A stretch of DNA of 62,355 nucleotides from positions 128,427,412-128,489,766 of the forward strand of contig NC_068984.1 in NCBI RefSeq assembly GCF_001194135.2, given 5' to 3'. Made by a program: the position numbers and the translations under genes. The notes beneath the pieces were generated by a model. The model did not search any database. It had not been told where the DNA came from and saw nothing but the letters and a program-made list of their open reading frames with translations. This DNA comes from Octopus bimaculoides (Eukaryota). Positions 1 through 38,638 of this stretch are shown here, piece by piece; position 1 is the stretch's first letter; the number at the start of each line of letters is the position of its first letter.

Positions 1-1740
1 ATATATATATATATATATATAAAACTTACTTGCAAGGATGACACGTGCGTTCGATCATGTAATAATACAAATAATATGTGAGTATATGCATGTATATACG
101 TACATGTATGTACATACCTACATCTACATGTATATATAAATGCATATCTGGGTACAGGACGTTACAAAAAAAACGTAGACAAAATGAGAAACAGGACATA
201 AACAGAGCACAGAAGACACACAGGCCACATCGAGAACATTTCCTTCATCAGCTGCCACCATTCTAAAACTAAGCATGTTTGTCCCCAAAACTTAGCAGTT
301 CGGCAAATGAACCCGATAGAATAAATACAAGGCTTACAAAGAATAAGTCCTGGAGTCGATTTGTTCGATTAAAACCCCCTTAAGGTGGTGCTCCAGCATG
401 GCCACAGTCACACGACTGAAACAAATAAAAGAAAAAGAATAACATTTCAGAACTCTTTGAAGATCTCCAAAATGTAAATGTATTGAATTTAAATGTAACA
501 CAAAGAATCTGTAACGAAGCGGTGACGTTTCCGCAAATCAGTAACGTCTGCACTTTAGTTGCTAAACATTGATTATGATATTGTTTGCATTTTCATATCA
601 TCAAAAGTAACGGTAGATGAAAGAAGTCGGTGTATGACTATATCTGTCACTATAAAAATAGAAACAGGACGTTTTAAAGCAGGATTTTTCTGATGGCGTT
701 GATGTTTGAATTACATTTATTAGTTAAGTTGTCTGATGCATTAACTTAAAAGACATCTAAGCTAAATGCCGTCTCTCACTGATGACAGAATTAAGTAAAA
801 TAAGTAGATCGTCCTGACGCTAACAATTTCTTTTTGACTTTTGGCTATTTATCAAATAATTTCCAATTCCTCCATATTATGTCTCAGAGACCTATTGATT
901 CGTGACAATACCTTCATAATAAGAATCCGTTGATGTTTCATTTCCTGTTTCAAGACTAATCAACTAGATTGCAGTAGTTGTCAAAAGTTCAGGTCGCATC
1001 TAATAAAAACTAATGATACATACGTAGCTTAAGAGCTGTGTGGAACGTGTTCATGTGGCTTAAGCATATATCTCAAATATTGGCAACACTTTAATCACAG
1101 TGGATTCGTATTCAACACAGATTGAAGCATTTGTATATCCAGATCATACAACTGAAGTAGTAAAAAGTAAATTGAATGAAGTGAAAGGATCGTGCGATGC
1201 GAGGTGACGAGAATAGCTCTTTAGTACATCACACGGTCGATACAATAAGTATATGATTTGAATGGCACACATAAGTGCCAGAGGAAAAAAAGGAGACACA
1301 ACGCGTAGAATGATTAAGAGAAGATCGTGTGCGTCATGTATACAGAATAACAGACAGGCCGTCATGAGAACAAAGGCATGTGTGCGTGTAAGCGTAGATG
1401 TATGCGCATGTTAAGAACATATAAGAAGGCCAATGAAGGAGACAGTGAAAGAGTCTATAGCCATCGAAGTGAGAAGAAAGTTCATGTACACAAGAAAGAG
1501 AATACCAGTTCGTAGTCAATTGTACACGGTAGTTGAAATACTGTATCGAAAAGTCTCGGCCATGATACTTACTAAACGCAGGTCTGATGACACATAACCT
1601 CTGTCTCAGCAAGGTAATTCCATGTAGGGAGCTGAACTCTGGGTTATTTATAAGCTTGTCAAAAAATTCTAGAATATTCTATGCAACATTTCGGTGCGAA
1701 AATTAAACCATTCATTTTGTTTCTCACTGCCCTACAAAAT

Positions 1741-2871
1741 GTGACGTTAAATTATGCCAAAACTGATTGGCTAGAAAAAATGTAAGTAAACTGGTTAATA
1801 TAACTAAATACTGAATTATTAATCACTAGAAGCATTTATCTCTAGTCAATACTGCCAAATATAGTAATATTATTCGCCAGCAGTTTTGACTTTTGCAGTT
1901 AAACAGTTCAAGTTCGAATTCAAGAAAGACTATCTATAATAAATTAAAAAGGATGATCGTCTTTTGCAGTTTGTCGCTATTGAGTAATTAGCACCGTTAA
2001 TTGTTAGAGATACACAATGAATGCCTGTAAGTAAAACACCTTGCGCAATGGTTAATACTTATTCTGCAAATACAGCCTAATGGCGATAGTGTTGATCTTC
2101 AAGAAGTGGTTACATAAAGTCCACAAATCAGATCAGAATTGTAGGAAGATGTGAAAAGCCTAATGCTGATAATGTGGTTCTCGTGAATTAGTAGCATCAA
2201 GTGCATGGTTTGAACGAAATGTTAAAAGCCTAAGGAGGAAAATATGATAGTTAGGTAGTGATTTGTACATGGCCTAGCTCTCATAGTTTGTTTCCATTAT
2301 TAAACTCAGCTAACCTACATATTAACTATCAAAACAGCAATTCCAGATGTAGCAGAAATTATTAACACTTCCTCCTATTAGCCTAATTCATTTCTTATAT
2401 GAAATTTCAGCAAAGACTGAATTGAGCCAACAATCTCGTCTTGACGCTTTGCATTGGCTAAAAACTGGCCAATCAGTGCGGCACCCCAGCAACTTGTCTC
2501 GGAAGTTTTATCTCAGCCTATGGTTGTTTTCAAAATCTGTATCATATTTGCAGGCACAGTCTCTAATTGTCATAGCGGACTAACCTAGTATATACGCAAC
2601 TCTCTCTCTCTCTCAATTTTCACTGACGTTTTTAGCAAAGAACTTCAGTTTCAATTTTAACATACTAGTTGAACATAACCCGGAACTTTTAACTGCATTC
2701 TGTTAATAAATGCTTCTACATGAAAAGAATCTATTTTTTAGGAAAGAACATTCGCGAATTTTTGCTGTAAAAACTATTAGATCGATGTGTTTTTAATAAA
2801 TAAAAAATATCGTATTGCAAATCCATCTTTCCTGCCCTATGGGTAACTTTCAATCGTCCCATTTTCCATCG
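1741..2871 (+). promoter_or_regulatory. Putative NAMPT promoter region
   Basis: CCAAT/ATTGG boxes at 1766, 2453 and 2469; TGACG half-sites at 1742 and ~2623; more CpG than the introns; lies upstream of the first visible NAMPT exon. Confidence 0.4.
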
Positions 2872-3603
2872 ANNNNNNNNNNNNNNNNNNNNNNNNNNNN
2901 NNNNNNNNNNNNNNNNNNNNNNNNNNNNNNNNNNNNNNNNNNNNNNNNNNNNNNNNNNNNNNNNNNNNNNNNNNNNNNNNNNNNNNNNNNNNNNNNNNNN
3001 NNNNNNNNNNNNNNNNNNNNNNNNNNNNNNNNNNNNNNNNNNNNNNNNNNNNNNNNNNNNNNNNNNNNNNNNNNNNNNNNNNNNNNNNNNNNNNNNNNNN
3101 NNNNNNNNNNNNNNNNNNNNNNNNNNNNNNNNNNNNNNNNNNNNNNNNNNNNNNNNNNNNNNNNNNNNNNNNNNNNNNNNNNNNNNNNNNNNNNNNNNNN
3201 NNNNNNNNNNNNNNNNNNNNNNNNNNNNNNNNNNNNNNNNNNNNNNNNNNNNNNNNNNNNNNNNNNNNNNNNNNNNNNNNNNNNNNNNNNNNNNNNNNNN
3301 NNNNNNNNNNNNNNNNNNNNNNNNNNNNNNNNNNNNNNNNNNNNNNNNNNNNNNNNNNNNNNNNNNNNNNNNNNNNNNNNNNNNNNNNNNNNNNNNNNNN
3401 NNNNNNNNNNNNNNNNNNNNNNNNNNNNNNNNNNNNNNNNNNNNNNNNNNNNNNNNNNNNNNNNNNNNNNNNNNNNNNNNNNNNNNNNNNNNNNNNNNNN
3501 NNNNNNNNNNNNNNNNNNNNNNNNNNNNNNNNNNNNNNNNNNNNNNNNNNNNNNNNNNNNNNNNNNNNNNNNNNNNNNNNNNNNNNNNNNNNNNNNNNNN
3601 NNN

Positions 3604-3628
3604 AACCCTAACCCTAAAACCCTAAACC
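3604..3628. repeat. Degenerate telomere-type (AACCCT)n at the gap edge
   Basis: aaccctaaccctaaaaccctaaacc. Confidence 0.6.
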
Positions 3629-3993
3629 TTTACTAGGGAATAATGATATAATTAAACAGGGAATAACACACTTGACACCGAACAGCAGTAACTGTATTCA
3701 GGTGAATAGACGTCAGTGATTGGTTGAAATTACAGAAATACGACAACTTTAACATGAAATAACTTGCGATGTACAATTTTTTGTTAAGAAGGTTAAGAGA
3801 AGAAGTTGTTTTATATGACACATTCTACTAGTGTCCCAAGTTTGAAAGTGTTTCGTTAAGAAAACAAATGTTGCCCGTCAAACCCCAAAGATCCTTAATT
3901 TTTGCTATAAATCTATAAATAACGAGTTAACTTTAAAGTTTAGAAATTTTGGGCAATTTTAATCAGTCGAAAGCCACAGACATATAGCTGCCT

Positions 3994-4007
3994 GTTTCCA
4001 TAGTAAC
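3994..4007. promoter_or_regulatory. X-box (RFX site) match GTTTCCATAGTAAC
   Basis: Exact fit to GTHNYYATRRNAAC. Confidence 0.4.
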
Positions 4008-5269
4008 AAGCCAAGCTGTTACGGAGCTGCTTACCCACGTAGTCATCTTTCGTTTATTAAATGCTTAAAACATAGGGGGTCGTGATATGTGTTAAAATTA
4101 ATAGCTAAATAGGCCTTATATCACACACCAAGATATTTTTAGTTAGTTTTTGCATAATCGTATGAATTCTATGTGTAGAATACAAATTCACAAAAATTTT
4201 CTGAAAATTCCAAAAATTAAATAAATATATGGCATGCATAAAGCAGAATTCTGCCAATATTTAATTTGTTTATAGTTGACATGTGCAGTCAGGCATAAAA
4301 TGATAGCTTCCAAATCCTGTTTTCTGACTGGGTAAAAATGATAAAACTTTAAACTTGTGTAACTTTTTTTCAAAAAATTTTCTGGGAAAAGTGAATTAGC
4401 CCCTGAGATTCAACATGGAAAATTACATCAATACACCAAATTTTAAAATTTCCACAAGCACAGCCAAACAGAAAAGATCCCAATGTCACATTAAGAAAAC
4501 AGGAGAGTCAGAAGGGCTAATACTTTAGTGCAGTGTTTTACTCAATTCTTCATTGGTAGTACACAGTTTTAGGTAGACTGCATGTGATAACAAGATCAAC
4601 CACATTAATTTTTATTTAAATTTTCTTACATTTTTATTATGTCGCATCATTTATTTTTGTATTTGTACACAATAAGAATTTAATGAAACAACATTCATGA
4701 AATAAAGAAAATAATAGAGCAGAATGGATTTTCTTTAATATTACTTCTATAATATCATGAAAGTAGTTCATAGTTACTGATGACAAAATAAGTAGAAAGA
4801 GTTAAAATTACTGTATATAAGCAACGTGTGTGTTTGTGTATGATTTGACATTATAGTCAAGGTTGCTAGATTTTTATTGAATACGATACTAGCATGCTAA
4901 GTAAGAAAAGTGAAAGCGGGAGAGAGATCAACTTTCCTGAGCAGAGAGACAGCTTTGTGTGGATTGCTGAATGGTTCTAGTTAATTTACCTAGAACAATG
5001 TAAGTTATGTCATTCATTGGAGTTGTTTGTATATCATATTTGGATAATCTTATGTCTTTATTTACTCATAAAATGTTTGGTAGAAAACTATAACCAATAT
5101 TATATACTACTATACAATACTGGATAAAATACTGATAACAAAAATACCTCATTCCAGATAACAATTCAAGCAATATAAAATTAATATTAGAGAAACAGAA
5201 TTACAGAATCATATGCAGTTATTGTGTATATTTTCACTAAGTTGTCATATAGCTTTTGACTAATCTTAA

Positions 5270-30163
<24,894 letters not shown>

Positions 30164-33100
30164 AATCTTCTTAAAGACCAAAGACAGAATTTATTATAAT
30201 ATGCTTCTTTCTGATCTCCATGATCACCACAGCATAGAAGGTTTGTTGTTTCTGCACTTGAGTCAGAGTTCTATGGTATCATTACTGTTATTTCAATGAG
30301 TATAACCAGATTTATACTACAGTAGCACTTCTATAATCTCAGTATGTATACATTTACTTCTGTCTATTGTTGCCATTCTGTTGTTGTTGAAGTATTTTAC
30401 TTAAACATAGAATCACATTCGCTGAATATGTAAAGGTGTTTTTCCAGTGTTTTTGGTGCTATAGATCACTTAGATCAGTTTTTGATGGATGTATTTTTGG
30501 GTAATTTTTCATACCATTTTGTTTCTTACAATTTCTAAATACCATGATTGTTGAAGACTACACAGATTGAATTATATTAATATTAGCTGAGGTATTTGTT
30601 GCTGTGCTGTTCTCATAATTTCTTTCCTATACCTTTAAACTAAAATCATGAATGTTTTACATTGTAAAAAGAATTGTTTGAGGTTAGTTGTTGATATTTA
30701 GTTTTATAAAATATCATAAGTAATTTATCTAAGAATTATAATCATGTGAGATAATAAGATAGCCTCTATATATTCTATTGATTTGCAAGAAATATCAGCT
30801 AATCTCTCTTAAGCCACACTCTATCATCTTGAAAAGGACACATTGGATAATGTAGTCTTAGATACACTGCATGAATAAAGAAAAAAAAAATGAGATGGTC
30901 TTGGCTAGAACACCTTTGATTATAAGCCTGCTGGTTCTGGACAACAACTATTATTTTTCATTGTGTGAAATGATGATGTATCTGAAATATTGAGAATGAA
31001 TATTTCTTGTCCTTTGAGATAACAGGGAAGATTTAACACAAATATACCTCAAGTCAAAATGTCAGTAGATTTCAAATTGACATTATTTAAATGAAACTTT
31101 TGAGTATTGTAAATCCCTGTGTAGGAGGTGTTAATTTATATGCATTGCAGTATCTAAATTTGTCTCCATTCGGTTTTGAGTTAAAATTTTTCTAAGGAAC
31201 TTGAAACTGAAGCTGGGTAAACATTAACTTTTATTATGGCAGGATTAAATTAAATTCATGGTCTGCAACATTTAAAATCTTTGTGCCTAGTCAATAGTAA
31301 ATTGTTATTTAAAATTTTTGTGGTGGGAATGAGTAGTTCTCAGTAAATTAAATTGTTTTCTTGTTGGAACTGCTTCCTTATATCTCTAATACCTTTGGTA
31401 AAAGTATGAATGCTATAAATTTTGTTCTTCTTGTCACTACACTATGCCAGGTGTTTTTAGAAAATTCCTAATTTTAAGTTTCTAAATGATGGAGAAGGCC
31501 ATAAGAGTAGAGAGACTGTCATTAATTTCTCTACAATCAATAAAATATGTACTAGTAGTATACTATATTTAACTGAATCAACTAGATCTCTCCACTGAAA
31601 AACTTATATAATTCGGTGATAATACTCATGACCAAATTAAAATTATATACTTGATTGAGGAATCATTTTTTTCTATCAAATCAAGGAAATACTATTCATA
31701 TCAATACAGGAGTGAAGCAGTGTCTGTGTATGTTGAGTTGCGATGTTGAACCGTGAATGTCTTTCCCAAAGGACACTGTTAATATAAGTGAAGTGAAATA
31801 TCACCAACTGTGAATTGAAATCTAATTAGACATAGCTTACAAGGAAATTATGTACCTCTACTACATATAACTTACCTCCATATACAATCTATACAAACAA
31901 TAAGATTAATTGAATCTATAAAGGAATTTTGAGAATCAAAAAGATTATCAGACATCATCAATTCAATCATGCATGTATTTTTCAGTGTATGTGCATAATC
32001 AATTTTGTTTCCAGACACCAAAATGACATAATTAGCAGGAAAGAGAGATGGCAGGAAGCAGCCAGTATTAAATTGTATGAGAGAAAAAGGGGGCTTATTG
32101 ACCCCATATTTTTTTTTTTTCAGATATAACAAATAGTTATATATTCAGTTGTATTATATGAACAATCAAAACCCAGCAAACATGTATCCTGCATGTTCTT
32201 CTTCTGAATTCTTCACTTTCATTATTTTCCCATTCAAATTCATTAATTATCAGTTTTATATGTGAGTATTCAATGTCATTAGTGTTATGAACTATTTAGA
32301 GTAAATTTCATGTAGACAGACAATATTGTTTCTCTCTCAACGGCTGTCAATTATATATAACTAGCTATTGTTATTTGTTTGTTTTCTTTTTATGATTTTT
32401 ATCATGGTTTTTCTCTTTGTTTCCTTTTTTATTAATAGTTCATCATTGTCATTTCATTTGGATGTTATTTATGTACTTATTTATATAATTATATTGTCAA
32501 AAAAAAAAAAAGAAGAAAAGTGAGAACTACTGTTGTATCACTGTCACCAATGCATAGTAGTGATGCCTTAACTCTTGTAGTTTACTGATTATTCAATTCA
32601 GATATATTATTTGACTGTGTTACATAAGATAAGAAATGATGGTAGCCAGAGTGATGAAAACTGTTGCTGTGTGAGAGCTGTGTAGGGTATAGAATAATTG
32701 ATTGTATGTCATATAGAAGATAAATGCTTTAACTGTAAGACTATAATTTTCTTGACTGTTGACCACGTCTTTAGAATTATGATTTTTCATTAATTATACA
32801 AACACTGTGTTTCAGTCAGATTGATCCCCGATTGCCATTAAATATTTTATTTTAAGGTAGATGAGAACATTGCAATGCATGTTTAGAAATAAAAGGTTTT
32901 AGCTTGAATCTAGTCTGTATTAAGTACGCAACCAGGAATAAGATATCTAATCCCAAATGGGAATAGACCAATCAAAAAAGTGTCACTGTCAAATTTTGAA
33001 CAACTTTTCATCATTAAAGATGAACTTAAGAGTCTGAAAAATTATTATCTTATTAACAGCAACTTATTTGAAATATTTAGGTATTTGACACTATAATTCT

Positions 33101-33194
33101 GTTTGCATGAAATATTTGACAAATGTAACATAGGATATAATATATACAGGACATGGTGTGTAATACATTGCATGGATGCTGCTTGCATGGAAAA

Positions 33195-33797
33195 CATAGG
33201 TGATGTTGTGAACATGTGAACAGGTGATTATTATGTGAACAGATGATTGTTATGTGAACATGTGAACTAGTGATTATTATGTGAACATGTGAAGAGGTGA
33301 TTATTACATAAACATGTGAACAGGTGATTGTTATGTGAACAGGTGGTTATTATATGAACATGTGATTATTATGTGAACAGGTGATTGTTATGTGAATATG
33401 TGAACTGGTGATTATTATGTGAACATGTGAACTAGTGATTATTATGTGAACATGTGAACTAGTGATTATTACATAAACATGTGAACAGGTGATTGTTATG
33501 TGAACAGGTGGTTATTATGTGAACATGTGATTATTATGTGAACAGGTGATTATTATGTGAACATGTGAACTAGTGATTATTATGTGAACATGTGAACTAG
33601 TGATTATTACATAAACATGTGAACAGGTGATTGTTATGTGANNNNNNNNNNTTATGTGAACATGTGAACTAGTGATTATTATGTGAACATGTGAACTAGT
33701 GATTATTACATAAACATGTGAACAGGTGATTGTTATGTGAACAGGTGATTGTTATGTGAACATGTGATTATTATGTGAACAGGTGATTGTTATGTGA
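33195..33797. repeat. Modular minisatellite (ATGTGAAC + RGTGATTRTT)
   Basis: Directly visible; contains a 10-N gap at 33642-33651. Confidence 0.93.
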
Positions 33798-35089
33798 CAA
33801 TTGTTTTTGTTAGTACTTTGTGATATTTCTTGATAACAGGAAATATTTTAAATCATGTTGATAATTGAAAAACTGGTGAAGACTTCAGAGATATATTTTG
33901 ATAATAGTGAATGTTGTGAAAATTATGTCAAAATAAATATAACAGTAGTCATATTTTAATTATATAGAAAAGAAAGGTAGTGGAAAATTAAAAATATTCC
34001 AATAAATTAACCAATAATAGACAGACTTTGTATGAAAATTAGTTTTATGTGCATATGTATGCATATGTATGTATGTTAGTTTGTATGTATGTTACTATGT
34101 ATGTATATACAAATTTGTTAAATTTTATGCATATATATATATAATGTTTTATAAAGTGCCTATAAAAGAGCACAAGACACATAACTATTAAGTTAGGACA
34201 CTATATGTTCTATTATACCCCAAAACAGACGTTTTGGAGAAAAAAATTGTGTCATAACACACATAAGTCCATGTTACAGGTTTGTTGGCTATAATTATCA
34301 TTCATAGAGTACTGATATATAATACAAGACAAGAGGATGTAGTGTGAAATTATTTGTTCATAATATCTTTACATGTGTTTAGGTGTGTCTGTGTATACAT
34401 ACATACATACATACGTGTGTGTGTGTATTCATTTGTTTATGAGTGAATATAAGTGTATTCATTTATGTATGTACACATATGTGATTTTATATAAATTTTA
34501 ATAATGTTTTCATGATTAAACTAAGCAATCAGATAATTAATATTGCTAGCTGCAGATGACTGTGATTATTTGACTTCAATTATTATTATTCGTTAGATTA
34601 TACAGTTCAGTAATTAACATTCTAGGAATAATTTATAGGCACATATGGTGGGGAGAAACAATAATTACACTAAAAAAACAAACAAATAAATAAAACAGTG
34701 TGTGTGTGTGCGTGTGTATTAAAAGATGAACAATGCTACAAGTGTTCTGAAGTTACTCAGAACCCCAAAATATAATCCGTCCAATTCTTATTTGGTTATA
34801 ACAAATCCTAAATATATTTCATAATTTTTTACAAATGTCAATTATTCTTATTCAATAGCAAAAACTATAATGATGAAGATGACAATACTAATTAGCATCT
34901 GATTTATAGACATGTATATATGTATAATTGTGACTCTGAACAATCAATACATAGTGATATTTTTTGAGAGAGTTTTTATTATTAATATTATTATTTGCCC
35001 TGGTGGTAAGTAAAAGAAATCATTATTATTATTATTATCATCATTATTATTATTATTGTTGTTGGTGCTGCTGTTATTATTGTTATTAA

Positions 35090-35267
35090 TGCTCAGTGGC
35101 ATTTTGTCCATCTTTACATTTTGAGTTCAAATTCCGCCAAGGTCGACTTTGTTTGTCATCCTTTCAGGGTCAATAAAATAAGTACTAGTTGAGTACTGGG
35201 GGTCGATGTAATCAACTTATCCTCCTCCCCAAAATTTCAGGCCTTGTGCCTATAGTAGAAAAGATGA

Positions 35268-35301
<34 letters not shown>

Positions 35302-35910
35302 GGCAGCGAGCTGGCAGAATCATAAGTATTTAGTCTGTCACTATGTTCTGAGTTCAAATCCGCCGAGGTCGACTTTGCCTTTCATCCTTTCGGGGTTGAT
35401 TAAATAAATGCCAGTTACGTACTGGGGTCGATGCAATTAACTTAATCCCTTCACCCAAATTTGAGGCCTTGTGCTTCTAGTATAAAAAAGATTATTATTA
35501 TAAAGGCAGTAAGCTGGCAGAATTGTTAGCATGCCGGGCGAAATGCTTAGCAGTATTTTGTCTGAGTTCAAATTCTGCCAAGATCGATGTTGCCTGTCAT
35601 CCTTTCGGGGTCAATAAAACAAGTACCAGTTGAAAACTGGGGTTGATGTAATTGACTCACTCCCTCCCTCAAAATTGTTGGCCTTGTGGCAAAATTTGAA
35701 ACCATTATTATTTTTTAAATTATTATTATTAATGCTTAGCAGCATTTTATCTGTCTTATGTTCTGAGTTCAAATTCTGCCAAGGTCGACTTTGCCTTTCA
35801 TCCTTTTGGGGTCAATTAAATAAGTACCAGTTATGCACTGGGGTCAATGTAATCGCCTTAATACCTTACCCCAAATTTCAGGCCTTGTGCCTACAGTAGA
35901 AAGGATTATT
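35090..35910 (+). mobile_element. Head-to-tail array of four SINE family B copies with (ATT)n spacers
   Basis: gagttcaaattc..cc.aggtcgactttgcc.ttcatcc recurs at ~35122, 35350, 35565 and 35765. Confidence 0.85.
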
Positions 35911-36329
35911 ATTTTGTTTCACTTATGTAAAAGCGTGCGTAAAACACCCCTGATATTTATTAATCAAATGTCATTTCTACATGTACTGATCATGTGTGTG
36001 TCTTGTCAAATGAATTAAATATACTTTGCTGAGGAAGTCTAATAAGACTGAAACATGATTGCTGCTTTTAAAGAACAAACGCATTCCAAATTGTCTTGTC
36101 CATATTAACTGTTTAGGTTGTGATTTATTAGAGTTAACTCCCTTACCTGTTGTTTGGTGATTTTAACACAAACCTAGTGGAAGTTTTTGTCTACGATAAA
36201 TCTCAGTTGATCCAAAAAGTTTTTCAACTCACAATATTACATACATGGGACCATTTTACTGGATGTGTATTATAAATACAGAACACTCCTGAGTTACTTC
36301 TCAACTGTATTGTGATATTCAAAATGAGT

Positions 36330-36460
36330 ATACCTACATGCCTCATATGTGTGTGTATATATATATGTCTGCATATATGTGTGTATATATATATATATAC
36401 ATATATATTATATACATATATATTAATACATATATATACATATACATTATATACATATAT

Positions 36461-36503
<43 letters not shown>

Positions 36504-36630
36504 TATATACATACATACATATCTCTCTATATATCATCATCATCGTTTAACGTCCGCTTTCCATGCTAGCATGGGTTGGACGATTTGACTGAGGACTGGT
36601 GAAACCGGATGGCAACACCAGGCTCCAACA
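36330..36630. repeat. (TA)/(CATA) microsatellite with an RTE-type tail fragment (36536-36628, minus)
   Basis: catcatcgtttaacgtccgctttccatgctagcatgggttggacg. Confidence 0.8.
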
Positions 36631-37051
36631 TATATATATATGTATGTATGTATACTTAAGGTGACAAACTAGCAGAATCATTGGCACACTAAACAAAATA
36701 CTTAGCAGCATTTTATCCGTTTTAGTGCTCTGAGTTCAACTTCGCTTTTCAGCCTTTCGGGGTTGATGAAATGAGTACCAGTTGAACACTGGGGTCGATG
36801 TAATTGACTGACCTCCTCCTGCAAAATTTGCAACTATGATAGAAAGGCTATATGTGTGTGTATGAGGCTGGTTGTGAGTACATGTCATTGTAATGACCTG
36901 AAAAAGCCCCAAAAGGCTGAATAGCATCTGCTGGTCTTGCTGGGATGATTTTCATCTGCCTCTCATATTTATTGTGATTTTAAGACATGTCCATAAAAGA
37001 TGTTACTTTGGGATGAATACCACAGTAACAGTCCTATCAATGGTGTATATA

Positions 37052-37266
37052 CAGGGTGGCCCAAAAGTAGGTTTATGGTTATTCAACTATCACTTTTGCA
37101 TTCATATATTAACAGATTAGATTTTAATTATAAGAAAAATATGAAACCATTATTCTACGTTAATTTAGTTAATTGCAAGATAGAAATTTAAATGTAATAA
37201 AATGTTTTAAAAGAAATTTAAAGTGCCTACATGATAACTGTAAACTTACTTTTTTAGGCCACCCTG
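37052..37266. mobile_element. Tc1/mariner-derived MITE, 215 bp
   Basis: TA|CAGGGTGGCCCAAAAGTAGGTTTA...TAAACTTACTTTTTTAGGCCACCCTG|TA. Confidence 0.85.
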
Positions 37267-38003
37267 TACATTAATTACAAGAGCGTTGTAATTAACTGTT
37301 ACTTAGATGGTTATACTTTCATTGATCTGATCATGTTTGTTTTGCAAACTGAGTAGAATATATTTTATTGAGGAGCTCTAAGATTAAAACATCAATTCAC
37401 TTTAAAGACAAAAGGATTCATTCCTCTCTACATCGACTTTATTTTCCAAAATCTTCTGTTAGTGCTCTTGATGGACTTATTTTCCTTGCTTCATATCGTT
37501 AGAATGTAGGCATCCCTACCCTAAGAAGGATTTTTTAATCTATTAATTGCATACATAGTCTCATTAAAATTTATTAAAATAATTACTATGTTACGTAGGT
37601 AAGTCCCGACTGTATGAGTATTTAGTTTGCAGAATGTTTCCTTGAGGTACTTTCCCTCAGATATATCGTGGATATTTTTTTAAAAACTGCTTATCAATTT
37701 TTATGAATAAATTTTATTGAAATAGATGTGATATGGAAGATCTAAAGCAACAGCTGGGTGTATAGATCTTAATTTGTATTGTACACATATGTGTAGGATT
37801 GTGCAAATATTTCACTTTTATAGAATTCTATTACATTCCAAAATTGTGTGATGGTTAAAAGCAATTTATATAAGTTTTCCACTTTTACCAGATCTGCTTT
37901 CTGTATTTCAACAAATAAACTTTCATTTCATAAACCAGTAATATCTGTGTTATTTTTATATTAGAAATATTTATTGACTGTTTTTTTAACTTACTTCTTT
38001 TAA

Positions 38004-38212
38004 CCTTTTGACACCAACCTGCCACCACTAACTCTATGATACAAATTTTGCTTTAAAGAGATCTAAATTAAAACCTTCAACCAAAATTTCATGGTAGTTC
38101 ACATTCCAAATACCAGATTTATGTCAATTTTTATTTTACTAAATTCTTCATTATTTTTGAAATTAACTGAAACAAAGCACTGTATTTCAATAGAAATATG
38201 GAAACAAAAGGG
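38004..38212. mobile_element. TTAA MITE family 2, probably in the KLHDC10 3'UTR
   Basis: TTAA|CCTTTTG...CAAAAGGG|TTAA, 210 bp past the stop. Confidence 0.75.
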
Positions 38213-38422
38213 TTAAATACTGTTTGCAGCATTAAATACTACCAACAACATTAAGGATTATAATACTTTAAATACTAATATTATAAAAACAACAAAACTA
38301 AAAGACAAGAATAAAATGACTAACAAATTTTTTGAAAACAGTTTTAATAATTTGTGAACAGATTCTTCACAAATAATTAATAGTAAATAAATAGCAACAA
38401 TTAATATCATAAATTTATAAAT

Positions 38423-38638
38423 CTATAGTAGGCAATTAGTCATTCTCTTGATCAGGTGTGAAGGAATACCAATTTCTCGAAGTTCATTTGCTTTCTTCAA
38501 GTATAAATGAGAACTATAATGACAAATATATCTCCAACACATTTCTTGTAAGCTTGGTACATCCAGTTGCATTCTAAACAGTGTGTTAACTCTTTGTTCA
38601 TTTTCAGTAACACCACCAAATAAATACATGCAACCATT
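38423..38638 (-). CDS. KLHDC10: KLHDC10 last coding exon (NGCMYLFGG...VPSLQEMCW...NCLL*)
   Basis: tattcag acceptor; TAG at 38425-38423. Confidence 0.93.
   Translation of the reverse strand, partial: NGCMYLFGGVTENEQRVNTLFRMQLDVPSLQEMCWRYICHYSSHLYLKKANELREIGIPSHLIKRMTNCLL

Noticed and set aside
130-255. CTGATGAAGG on the minus strand, resembling a second hammerhead core
   Set aside because: No GAAA box follows a stem II (CGATG instead); treated as an unclassified repeat.
960-1620. GC-balanced stretch with short ORFs and a donor-like aag|gtaatt at ~1614
   Set aside because: No recognisable protein and no TDSYK motif, so it is not NAMPT exon 1. It could be a non-coding exon but this is unsupported.
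2815-3636. Long ORFs full of X (also 9351, 50165-50797, 54073-54660)
   Set aside because: Read-through of N gaps.
33195-33797. Possible CRISPR-like array
   Set aside because: Eukaryotic context and no unique spacers; it is a minisatellite.
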